A stretch of DNA of 64,000 bases, taken from Salinispira sp. GTDB lineage: Bacteria; Spirochaetota; Spirochaetia; DSM-27196; Salinispiraceae. The stretch spans positions 1,792,001-1,856,000 of the forward strand of contig OZ271918.1 in assembly GCA_965602015.1 (NCBI GenBank), read 5' to 3'. Below, piece after piece: positions 1 to 8,875 of this stretch (the stretch's first letter is position 1; each line of letters opens with the position of its first letter). Made by a program: the position numbers and the translations under genes. The notes under the pieces are model-generated. The model searched no databases and was not told the origin of the DNA. It saw only the letters and a list, made by a program, of their open reading frames with translations.

Positions 1-964
1 TATCAACCCTGAAGCCGTCAACCCCCATCTCGAGCCAGTACCGCATAATGTCAAGCATCTTTACCCAGGTCGAGGGAGGGGGATCGAATGACGCGTCGGG
101 CCCGCCAGAGAAATTTCTCCCGTAGTTAAGCTTGATGGTCTCAAACCAGTCATTGATGCTCGGCTGGGGAGAAAATACATCGTTTCCCGTAGCCTTGGCC
201 GGAGATTCGGCGAACATCCCGTCCTCCAGGGGATGGGTCCGATCGGGTCCCATGGGATCGTGACCGGCGGGCACCTCAAAATCACCGGATGGAAGGTAGT
301 AAAAATTGTTGTCCCGGTGGAAGGGCAGCGTCGGATCGTCCTCGGCTCCCAGGTTGCTTACTCCCCTGTCCAGAAGGGGAAGAATGTCGGAACCGTAATC
401 CCGAGCCACGTGATTACCCACCAGATCGATTATGACCTTTAGCCCCGCATCATGAGTCCGTTGGACAAGCGCGCGAAACTCATTGATGCGATTATCAACA
501 TCTTCTGCGAGCATGGGATTCACATCGTAGTAGTCTTTAATGGCGTAGGGAGAGCCGGCAATGCCCTTAATGACGTCGGCATCATCACGTTCGATTCCGT
601 ATTCACTCCAGTCGCTCATGGTGGCATGTTCAATAACCCCGGTGTACCAGATGTGGGTAAATCCCATCTCCCTCACTTCCCCGAGGGCTTCCTCGGTGAA
701 GTCGTTGAAGGTTCCAACTCCGTTTTGCTCAAGGGTTCCGTGAATGACGTTGCTGTCATTGGTATTTCCGAACAGGCGCGTCATTACCTGATAGATTATC
801 ATCTTGTTGTCTTCCAGCCGGGACAGATCCTCATTGGGGTCCGGCGCAGGGGCGCTTGGCGGAGGAGGCAGGGCCTGGCTGCCGGTACTCGTACAGGCAG
901 CTAAAAACAGCACTACCGCAATCAGCGGGAATAATTTCAAAAGCCTTTGCATCACTTTACTCAT
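1..964 (-). CDS. Alpha-amylase family (GH13) lipoprotein, 3' end runs off the window
   Basis: Not in the ORF track because it is open at the edge. ATG at 964 reads MSKVMQRLLKLFPLIAVVLFLAAC (lipobox), then GFTHIWYTG, GSPYAIKDYYDV, DLVGNH and GVDGFRVD (GH13 catalytic motif) in one frame. Confidence 0.88.
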   Translation of the reverse strand, partial: MSKVMQRLLKLFPLIAVVLFLAACTSTGSQALPPPPSAPAPDPNEDLSRLEDNKMIIYQVMTRLFGNTNDSNVIHGTLEQNGVGTFNDFTEEALGEVREMGFTHIWYTGVIEHATMSDWSEYGIERDDADVIKGIAGSPYAIKDYYDVNPMLAEDVDNRINEFRALVQRTHDAGLKVIIDLVGNHVARDYGSDILPLLDRGVSNLGAEDDPTLPFHRDNNFYYLPSGDFEVPAGHDPMGPDRTHPLEDGMFAESPAKATGNDVFSPQPSINDWFETIKLNYGRNFSGGPDASFDPPPSTWVKMLDIMRYWLEMGVDGFRVD

Positions 965-1240
965 CAATACCGTCCTTCTTTAAGCGCCGGGAATTAAAAA
1001 CCAACCCGGCAGCCGGGAATGTCGTGTCTACCGCCAAGTATGACATGAAATCCATAACGTGGCATCATGAAGATGCGAGCTTATGGATGTTTAGGGATAG
1101 TGTTTTTTTATTATGAGCATAAAATTTAATGGAATAAGTAGGCTTCCCGCGGAAAATCGATGTAAAATAGCCGGACAAAGCACTGTCGATGGCCAGCGAG
1201 CTGTCGTCGGTGTGATACCCTTTACTGAGTGGTATGATGC

Positions 1241-1738
1241 ATGATTAAAAAGGATTTTAGCCTTACGATATCCTCAGACTGGATGGAAATGCTCAGGGTA
1301 AATGAGCAGGCCCGGCGGTTTTTCCAAAGCTGCAATCTCCCCCGGGAAACCGTGGACACCTTTACCATGGTGGCATGCGAACTGGTAGAAAACGGCATCA
1401 AGTACGGGGGGACGGGAAACATAAAAAATGCTCCCCTCACACTCGCTCTTGATATCGATGGTCAGACCATCACCATTCAGGTATCCAACAGCACCAGCAG
1501 TGAAAACGGCTATCATCTAAGAGAACTGGACAGGACGCTTCAATGGATCCGCGGTTTTCAGGATCCCTTCCAGGCATATATTGAACGTCTCAAGCAAATT
1601 TCGAAGGAACCTTCAAATAAGGGCACAAGCGGTCTGGGAATTGTGCGAATCGCATATGAAGCCCGGGCGGCAATTGACTTTGTCCTCAGCGAGGACGATA
1701 CCCTCGAAGTCTCGGCGATCGCACGAATTTCAAAATAG
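1241..1738 (+). CDS. Anti-sigma-type HATPase Ser/Thr kinase (RsbW/SiaB/slr1658-like)
   Basis: ELVENGIKYG (N box) and SGLGIVRI (G box); no HisKA domain. Confidence 0.75.
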   Translation: MIKKDFSLTISSDWMEMLRVNEQARRFFQSCNLPRETVDTFTMVACELVENGIKYGGTGNIKNAPLTLALDIDGQTITIQVSNSTSSENGYHLRELDRTLQWIRGFQDPFQAYIERLKQISKEPSNKGTSGLGIVRIAYEARAAIDFVLSEDDTLEVSAIARISK

Positions 1739-1747
1739 GAGTGAGTC

Positions 1748-2125
1748 ATGAAAAGATTTAACGGCATTGAGGACGGGCCCCTGAAAGTTATCCGCAAAGA
1801 TGGGGAAAATCAGATTTCCGTATTTTTTTCCGGCAAAAGCATAGTCCGGGATCCATCTGAACTCCTGCAGCCGGCGCTCTTCGAGTTGCTTGAGGAAGCC
1901 GAGGACACCGGATCCCGGCTGGTCCTGGACTTTTCATCCCTGGAGTACATGAACTCATCGACCTTTACCCCGCTTGTCAAAACGCTGGAAAGAGCCCGAC
2001 TGGGCAAGGCCTCGGTAACGGTGATATACGATCAAAACGCCAAATGGCAGACAGTGTCCTTCACGGCGCTCATGATTTTTGACAGCGATGACGGCCGGGT
2101 CACCGTCAAGGGGATAAGCGAATAA
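1748..2125 (+). CDS. STAS-like anti-anti-sigma / SiaC-like phospho-acceptor
   Basis: LVLDFSSLEYMNSSTF motif, SGKS N-terminal motif and C-terminal WQ; GGAG RBS. Confidence 0.7.
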   Translation: MKRFNGIEDGPLKVIRKDGENQISVFFSGKSIVRDPSELLQPALFELLEEAEDTGSRLVLDFSSLEYMNSSTFTPLVKTLERARLGKASVTVIYDQNAKWQTVSFTALMIFDSDDGRVTVKGISE

Positions 2126-3538
2126 ATGTCCCGAGACGACCTCAGCTATTCCGGCACCCTTGTCGACAGCGGGAAATCACTATCGGTAAGGGTGCGCATC
2201 GCTTCGCGTTACTCCCTATGGCTGCGCTTTGTCGGCAGGGAACCCCGGATCGTCGAAAAGCGCTTTGAGAAATTCAAGCTCCAACTAGAGGAACGGACTG
2301 TTGAAATGGGGCCTTGTGATTTGCGTTCGGATATCGGAGGGCTGGACGGAGAGTTGCGCCTCATCCCCCTGCGGTCAATTACTGACTTTGAAAAACTGCT
2401 GTTTCGCTCCAGAGTTTCGATTCTCGAGTCCGCAGCCCTCAATCTTCCGCTCATTCTCAGCTATAAAAACAGCATCGATACGGACTTCTCGCTGTTTGTG
2501 TCGGACCTGACCTATGACCTGAGCGCTTTTCGCGCCACATTGGATGAGATAGATGAGAACATCGCCGATGAACCAGAGCCCGTGCGCTCGGCCATCCGTT
2601 CTGGAATTATAGAAAGCGTCGGCGGTGATCTCATGGAAGTGCTCGAAAAGAAACACAAAACCCTGATCCGGATTACGGAAAACTGGACGGAAAAACAGCA
2701 CGAGCATCACGGCTATTTCTTCCGGCGCCAGTTATGGAGCATCATTCTCAGCTCGCCCATCATGACCCGGACAAACACCAAGCCCAGGGGCTATATCGGC
2801 GACTCCGAGATGATGCATATGATCTATCTCAATGATTATCAGGGCGCCAGCACCTTTGGGCAGATTCTGCACAAGTACTCAGTCGATCAGCCCGCAGCCC
2901 AGGCGGTGCGCAATCGCCGCAAGGATCTGTCCGAAATTCTGAGAAGGTTTATGGATGGGTGGGAACCTCAGGAGAGCCAGGGGGGAAAAGATGCCATGCG
3001 GGTTCTCTCGGTCGCCTGCGGTCCGGCCATGGAGCTTTCGGATATAATAAAAACCCGTGAAGATTGCTTCAGGCTTCATTTCTCCCTCCTCGATCAGGAC
3101 CCTCACGCCTTGGAGGAAGCCGCTTCTGTGGTTGAGAGCATAGAGAAAAAGCTCGACAGGCCCATCTCGGTTGACTTTCTCAAGGAATCGGTTCGAACCA
3201 TGCTGGTAACCCGGGAGCTGCAGGATAGATGGGGGCGTTTCGATTTTATCTATTCCATGGGTTTGTTTGATTACCTCACTCCTCCGGTTGCCAAGGCGGT
3301 AATAAAAAAACTGTACAATTTGCTGCTTCCCGGCGGCGAGATGATCATCGGGAACTTCTCAGTAGACAATCCGACCAAAACCTACATGGCATATTGGATG
3401 GACTGGTCTATAATATATAGAAGCAGGGAAGAAATGTACGCCCTCGGCGATGATCTTCCCGGCGCCCACACTGAGGTGGGGGTGGATGCTACGGGGATCC
3501 AGTTGTTTCTCCGGATTAATAAGGCGAAAGCGGAATGA
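2126..3538 (+). CDS. Class I SAM methyltransferase, PhcB-like (3-hydroxy fatty acid methyl ester signal synthase family)
   Basis: TKPRGYIGDSEMMHMIY, AAQAVRNR, VLSVACGPAME, YSMGLFDYL, GNF, MDWSIIYRS. Confidence 0.75.
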   Translation: MSRDDLSYSGTLVDSGKSLSVRVRIASRYSLWLRFVGREPRIVEKRFEKFKLQLEERTVEMGPCDLRSDIGGLDGELRLIPLRSITDFEKLLFRSRVSILESAALNLPLILSYKNSIDTDFSLFVSDLTYDLSAFRATLDEIDENIADEPEPVRSAIRSGIIESVGGDLMEVLEKKHKTLIRITENWTEKQHEHHGYFFRRQLWSIILSSPIMTRTNTKPRGYIGDSEMMHMIYLNDYQGASTFGQILHKYSVDQPAAQAVRNRRKDLSEILRRFMDGWEPQESQGGKDAMRVLSVACGPAMELSDIIKTREDCFRLHFSLLDQDPHALEEAASVVESIEKKLDRPISVDFLKESVRTMLVTRELQDRWGRFDFIYSMGLFDYLTPPVAKAVIKKLYNLLLPGGEMIIGNFSVDNPTKTYMAYWMDWSIIYRSREEMYALGDDLPGAHTEVGVDATGIQLFLRINKAKAE

Positions 3539-4953
3539 CGACTTCCGGCGATGTAAAAAACAAGCGTAGCAGGTTCGGCGACCGGGTAAAGCTGGACAAC
3601 ACCCCGGCAAATGAGGCTATTGACCGCAACGACTTTGAATGGTACCAGCAAAATATTGTCCATTCCTGGCTTCAAATAATAACCGCCCTCACCTTCGTTT
3701 TGGTCCCCCTGTTCTTTGTACTCGATATTGTGGTCACTCCCTCCGACCTTCTCCTGGATTTCGGGATTTTTCGGGCCAGTTCCACCATTATCGCACTGGC
3801 TCAATACCTGGTGGTCCGCCACACCCGGCCGCATAAGTACTCCTTCCTTCACGGGTATTTTGTGTCCCTCCATGTTGGGGGAGTCATCGCGCTGATGACC
3901 GTGTATCTCGGGGGGTTTCAGTCCGGCTACTATGTAGGACTGATAATGGTCATCATCGGCGCAAACTTGCTGATGCCATGGCACGCCAAACACACGGCGA
4001 TTAATGTGGCCATAATCATTGGCATGTATGTCAGCCTGAATCTGATATTCAGCGACACCGTCGATTGGATCAGCGCGGCGAACAACCTGTTTTTCCTCCT
4101 GGGCACCTCAATCATTTCCGTTGCCATCAATCACGTCCGATACAGCCTGATCCAAACGGAATTCTCGCTGCTGGTACAGTTGAAACAGGCCAGGGACGCC
4201 CTCTGGAGCGAAATGGAACTTGCAAAACAGGTACAAACCGCTTTGCTTCCCCAGGATTTACACATACAGGGTTATGAAATCTCGGTAACCTTCGAACCGG
4301 CCAAAGAGGTGGGCGGCGACTATTATGACGTCATTCAAACTCCCGGAGGTTCGCGGTACATCGCCATCGGCGACGTCGCAGGGCATGGCTTGGACTCGGG
4401 ACTCATTATGATGATGGCCCAGACCGCGGTAATGACTGTTGTCCAGGGAAATGAGGGCTGCTCGCCTTCGGAGGTGCTGCAAAGCGTCAACGCCGTCCTG
4501 CGGGAGAATATTCAGCGACTCGGGGCAAACCATTACATGACCATGACCGTTATCAAGCTCGAAGACGATACCATGCACATCGCCGGCCATCATCAGGACA
4601 TCATCGTCTATCGACACAAAAGCACCCAGGTAGAAACCCTGTCGGTGTACGGAAGCTGGCTCGGCATTACAGACGACATTAGCGGGTACGCTAAAACCAC
4701 CTCAATTCCCATGGCTGAAAATGACGCGTTTCTGCTTTTTTCTGACGGCGTCACAGAAGCCAATTCCGAATCCCGCGGCATGTTCGGTCAATCGCGCCTG
4801 ACCTCAATTTTCCAACGGACCGCCGCCTCAGGCCCCAGGGAGACCCTTCGGGAGGTCAGGGCTGCGGTAACATCCTTTCAGACTGAACAGGATGACGATA
4901 TGACCATGATCATGGTCAAAAAAACTTCGACTCTCCCCCCATCGCAGCGATAA
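3535..4953 (+). CDS. Multi-pass membrane sensor fused to SpoIIE/RsbU PP2C phosphatase
   Basis: About 6 TM helices, then ELAKQVQTALLP, EVGGDYYD, IGDVAGHG, FSDGVTEA, QDDDMT; ATGA overlap with the upstream gene. Confidence 0.9.
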   Translation: MTTSGDVKNKRSRFGDRVKLDNTPANEAIDRNDFEWYQQNIVHSWLQIITALTFVLVPLFFVLDIVVTPSDLLLDFGIFRASSTIIALAQYLVVRHTRPHKYSFLHGYFVSLHVGGVIALMTVYLGGFQSGYYVGLIMVIIGANLLMPWHAKHTAINVAIIIGMYVSLNLIFSDTVDWISAANNLFFLLGTSIISVAINHVRYSLIQTEFSLLVQLKQARDALWSEMELAKQVQTALLPQDLHIQGYEISVTFEPAKEVGGDYYDVIQTPGGSRYIAIGDVAGHGLDSGLIMMMAQTAVMTVVQGNEGCSPSEVLQSVNAVLRENIQRLGANHYMTMTVIKLEDDTMHIAGHHQDIIVYRHKSTQVETLSVYGSWLGITDDISGYAKTTSIPMAENDAFLLFSDGVTEANSESRGMFGQSRLTSIFQRTAASGPRETLREVRAAVTSFQTEQDDDMTMIMVKKTSTLPPSQR

Positions 4954-4998
4954 AACGCCCAATGATACTATTAGCTCAGCGCGAAGGTAACAGGCTCA

Positions 4999-5937
4999 AT
5001 GACCGGAAGTAAACGCCTGATCACCGGTTACATCCGGATAATTCGAGTACCCCTGGCCTCAAGCGCCGCAGTCTGCGCGCTGGCCGCAGCCCTTCTCAGC
5101 GGACATACAATAGGAGGCGACGCACTCGAAACAGCCTCCCTCGTGGCAATGGTCCTGACAGTGTTTTTTCTCGCCTCGGGGACCATGCCGCTCAATGACC
5201 TCATGGATATTTCCGCAGACCGGATAAATGCGCCGGATCGTCCTCTGCCCTCCGGCATGATCAGCCCGGGCAGCGCGCTGGCCATTCATGGGATACACAG
5301 CCTGCTGGGTTTGATTGTCGCCGTATCTGCCGGCTTACCCGCCCTGATCTTTAGCGCGATAATTTACATCAACTCTAGCCTGTACAGCCTGTTCAAGAAG
5401 CGCCTTGCTTTTATACCCAATCTTCAGGTGAGCTTCTCTGTGGCGGCAGTGTTCCTCGCCTATCCTATCTTTGCAATATCCGCCCCCGCACAAATCCGTG
5501 AGGCAGTGAGCGGCGGGCTTCTGCCGGTGATCCTGCCCCTGGTGTTTTTGATAAGCCTGCAGCTGGAACTGGCCGGCGATATTCTTGATGCTCGCGGCGA
5601 TGGGGACGGCGGCGGCAAATCAATTGCCGTCTCATGGGGGCTGCTTACCGCCAAATTGCTTTTCGCGGCAATTGGCCTGGCTAATCTTGGGGTCTCTGGA
5701 ATGATACTCACCGGCGCATTGGAGTCCTCGGATTCCGGGGTACCGGGTTTTATCAGCAGAGGCATGGTAATTTTCGCTGCAAGCGCGACCGCCCTGTTTA
5801 CCCCGGGCTTCATCATAGCCACCTGGGATCCCGTAAAAAGCCGGCAAAGGGGAAAAATCGCAATAATTTCCTACTTCATTTTTATGACCATGGTAGTAAT
5901 GGGGGGAGCCTTGTTCTACCGTATAGCGGAATCTTGA
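4999..5937 (+). CDS. UbiA-family prenyltransferase (DGGGP synthase-like)
   Basis: NDLMDISADRINAPDRPLPSG and second Asp motif DILDARGD; very hydrophobic. Confidence 0.85.
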   Translation: MTGSKRLITGYIRIIRVPLASSAAVCALAAALLSGHTIGGDALETASLVAMVLTVFFLASGTMPLNDLMDISADRINAPDRPLPSGMISPGSALAIHGIHSLLGLIVAVSAGLPALIFSAIIYINSSLYSLFKKRLAFIPNLQVSFSVAAVFLAYPIFAISAPAQIREAVSGGLLPVILPLVFLISLQLELAGDILDARGDGDGGGKSIAVSWGLLTAKLLFAAIGLANLGVSGMILTGALESSDSGVPGFISRGMVIFAASATALFTPGFIIATWDPVKSRQRGKIAIISYFIFMTMVVMGGALFYRIAES

Positions 5938-5992
5938 ACAGCTTTGCTATGTCTGGTATCGTTTTCTGATCAAAAACTCTATAGGCGGCATT

Positions 5993-7024
5993 ATGACAAA
6001 TACTCATCGTTTGACCATTACGCTGAGCTTCGCATTTTTTTTATTTTTCTCCTGCAGTGCTCCCGAACCCATCGACCCGCCCTCGATTACATTGACCAGA
6101 GAAGATGATACCATTCATATCCTCGGTACCTTTCACAAAATGACCGAGGCGATGTATTCGGAGATAACCTCAAGGGGAATCGCTGCGGAGTATTTTTTTG
6201 ATACGGCGACCATGTTTTTTTCCGAAGCCGGTGGTGATCCGATGACGAGGGCTGAGTTTGAACAGCTGCAAAAGCTAAGAACCGGGGACGGCGCCGGTCG
6301 CCCGAGCGTTGAAGATTTGCTGAGCCTATGGGATGCACCGATGCGAGAGGAGTTCCAAAATCTGGTAAATGACTACCCCCTCCTGGACCATACGGGTCGT
6401 CAGGCAACGCTTTATGCTTCCAGGCCTCACTATGCGGTAGATTTTCTTGAAACTGATCTTATCCCCAGAGCCTGGGGAATGCCCGTAAACTTCTCGATAG
6501 ATTCCATCTATAAAACTATGGCAAAGGAGCGAGGGTTTGCGGACAATGCGCTCGATGACCAGTTAATGATCTGGGAACTGAAGGATACCCTGGCGGATGA
6601 CGACGCGTTTATGGAGTATTTATTTTGCATGCTTCGCTTTCCGATGCAGCGGGAACAGATCGAAGCTGATCGTCTTGAAAAGCTGCAGTTATATGCAGAC
6701 AGCTGGAGCTCGGGAAAGCTTATTAGGATTGAGGATTATGACTTTGAGCATGATGACCGAGCCTGGAATGAACTTGACGCGGAGCTCCGTGCGGTTTTGA
6801 ATAATTTCTCCAGCAGCTGGCTGTGGAAACCCCGGGAAGAACGCTGGGTTTCGGTGATTGACCAGAACCTGTTGGAGAATCCCGGGCCGCAGACCCTTGT
6901 GCTGGCCGTAGGTTACGGACACCTCATGAGTCCGCCCTCCGAGTTTATTCCGCTCCTTGTGGCCGACAGTTGGGTGGTTGAACAGCAGCGGTTCGAGATT
7001 ACCGAATCAGCGAAGGAACAGTAA
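5993..7024 (+). CDS. TraB/GumN family lipoprotein
   Basis: Signal peptide ending FFSC; ILGTFH and LAVGYGHL motifs. Confidence 0.7.
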   Translation: MTNTHRLTITLSFAFFLFFSCSAPEPIDPPSITLTREDDTIHILGTFHKMTEAMYSEITSRGIAAEYFFDTATMFFSEAGGDPMTRAEFEQLQKLRTGDGAGRPSVEDLLSLWDAPMREEFQNLVNDYPLLDHTGRQATLYASRPHYAVDFLETDLIPRAWGMPVNFSIDSIYKTMAKERGFADNALDDQLMIWELKDTLADDDAFMEYLFCMLRFPMQREQIEADRLEKLQLYADSWSSGKLIRIEDYDFEHDDRAWNELDAELRAVLNNFSSSWLWKPREERWVSVIDQNLLENPGPQTLVLAVGYGHLMSPPSEFIPLLVADSWVVEQQRFEITESAKEQ

Positions 7025-7054
7025 AACCAGTCAGCGTATAAGCAAATAACGGGT

Positions 7055-8449
7055 TTACGATTGGCTCTGTGGGGCTTGAACCTCAATTCGGGGTATTGTC
7101 ATGCGGTAGCTGACGCCGTTGCCAGGGCTGCTTTCGACGCTGATCCTGCCGCCGACGGCCACCAGCAGATTATAGACCAAATTCATTCCAAGTCCGGTGC
7201 TGCCCTTGCCCCTGGCTGTGGTAAAAAACGGTTCAAAGTGATGCTTCAAGGTCTTCTCATCCATTCCCGATCCATTATCGGCGTAGCCCAGTTCCAATTG
7301 CCCGGCGCGAAGTTCAAATGAAATAGTAATGCGTCCGCCATGGCTGTTAATCCCGTGGGTCAGGCTATTACTGATAAGATTAGAGTACACCTGCCACAGA
7401 AGCCCCGGATACATTGCCAGGCGCAGACCTTGGGGTCCCTGAACATTCACGTCGAGATCTCCGCGGCTTCTGAGCTGCCCCTCCAAACTGCCCACGACCA
7501 TTTCCAGTTCATCCCTGATATCAACAATGCTGGCGGTCTGATGATGCAAATCTGCGGCGATGCGTTTGAAATTGGTCACCAGATTCCGGGCCGCCCCGAG
7601 ATTCCTCTCGGCAGCCTGGACGGCTTCAAGACCGGTACGGGTGAAATCCTGAAGCCGCGAACGGGTTAAATCACCAGAGGAAATGCTGCCGGATATTGAT
7701 TCGAACTCATTAAGGAGGTGACTGACGATTGTCACACTGTTTCCCAGGGGAGTGTTGATTTCATGACTGATACCCCCAACCATGGACCCCAGGGCGGCAA
7801 GTTTCTCCGATTCCACCAGTGCATTGGTGCGTTCCTGAACCGTCTCTTCCAGTTTTTCATTAATGCCTTCCAATTCAGAAAACAGATTTCTCGTCTGTTC
7901 GTTGATCGAAGTGCCCATAACCGCCGCCAGAATTATTAGGATGATAACCGCAAAATAATTATGGGCATACTCTTCCATTGGAATGCTGCTCTCGGGAACA
8001 ACCATGGCAAAAAAGTAATAGCTGATTATCGCAAGCGACAGGCCGGCGATGAGCACACTGTCCCGACGCTTGAGACTGATCAAGCCTGCGAGCAGTATGG
8101 TGAGCACGGAAAAGAGACCGAGATTATAGAGAAGCTCATGCCTCGGCGGCTCGGCGAGGTATACGGTTGAACTCAAGATGCTTAAGGAATATAAGAGGGT
8201 CAGAAGCACCGCAGGAGTGAAGCCGCCCCGATTAAGCAGCCAAAGATTCCCAAGCAGCAGCACGATCAGGATGGCCAGCATCGGGATCTTTGCCGTATAG
8301 CCTTCCAGAACCCATGCAAGACCGGTAAACGTAAGCGCGGACGGCACGAACAACATGTGGAGAAAAAAAAGCGCCCGGGCTCTTCGGTATGTAAGGGCTG
8401 ATTCACCCATGTACGCATCGAGGAATCGCTGAGTAAAGCTCTGATTCAT
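7055..8449 (-). CDS. Orphan membrane sensor histidine kinase
   Basis: N-terminal TM helices; GGISHEINTPLG H box, NLISNSLTHG, DNGSG, FEPFFTT, GLG. Confidence 0.9.
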   Translation of the reverse strand: MNQSFTQRFLDAYMGESALTYRRARALFFLHMLFVPSALTFTGLAWVLEGYTAKIPMLAILIVLLLGNLWLLNRGGFTPAVLLTLLYSLSILSSTVYLAEPPRHELLYNLGLFSVLTILLAGLISLKRRDSVLIAGLSLAIISYYFFAMVVPESSIPMEEYAHNYFAVIILIILAAVMGTSINEQTRNLFSELEGINEKLEETVQERTNALVESEKLAALGSMVGGISHEINTPLGNSVTIVSHLLNEFESISGSISSGDLTRSRLQDFTRTGLEAVQAAERNLGAARNLVTNFKRIAADLHHQTASIVDIRDELEMVVGSLEGQLRSRGDLDVNVQGPQGLRLAMYPGLLWQVYSNLISNSLTHGINSHGGRITISFELRAGQLELGYADNGSGMDEKTLKHHFEPFFTTARGKGSTGLGMNLVYNLLVAVGGRISVESSPGNGVSYRMTIPRIEVQAPQSQS

Positions 8450-8533
8450 ATTCGTTTCTAAGTATACGTCAGAAAGCCCTGACTTTCACATACACAGAAC
8501 AGCGCTATTTTTCTGTATTTGCCCGCCAGGCAG

Positions 8534-8875
8534 CCGTGCCCTGGTCGGCGGCTTAGCTGCCTGCTCCCTCATGCAACCGTGCCCTGGTCGGCAGCTTAGC
8601 TGCCTGCTCCCTCATGCAACCGTACCCTGGTCGGCGGCATAGCTGCCTGCTCCCTCATGCAACCTTGGCCTGGTCGGCGGCTTAGCTGCCTGCTCCCTCA
8701 TGCAACCTTGCCCTGGTCGGCAGCTTAGCTGCCTGCTCCCTCATGCAACCGTGCCCTGGTCGGCGGCTTAGCTGCCTGCTCCCTCATGCAACCTTGCCCT
8801 GGTCGGCGGCTTAGCTGCCTGCTCCCTCATGCAACCGTGCCCTGGTCGGCGGCTTAGCTGCCTGCTCCCTCATGC
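8534..8875. repeat. Tandem array of 8 x 43-bp units (last is 41 bp), consensus CCKTGCCCTGGTCGGCRGCTTAGCTGCCTGCTCCCTCATGCAA
   Basis: Units start at 8534, 8577, 8620, 8663, 8706, 8749, 8792 and 8835; no spacers; internal hairpin GGCRGC-TTA-GCTGCC. Confidence 0.97.

Noticed and set aside
233..904. Plus-strand ORFs 233-442 and 452-904
   Set aside because: Antisense shadows of the GH13 gene. The same applies to 48136-48933, 50027-50746, 52213-53043, 57357-58127 and 59994-60629 over their real genes.
1060..1076. Sigma-54 promoter for the signalling operon (TGGCAT...TGC)
   Set aside because: GG-GC spacing is 12 nt rather than the required 10.
8534..8875. CRISPR array
   Set aside because: The units are contiguous with only point differences, there are no unique spacers, and no cas genes are in the window.
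8534..8875. CsrB-like sponge RNA (one AGGGA per unit on the minus strand) or repeated micro-ORFs
   Set aside because: The GGA is not in the loop of the main hairpin, the wobble variant favours the plus strand, and 43 is not a multiple of 3. Not supported.
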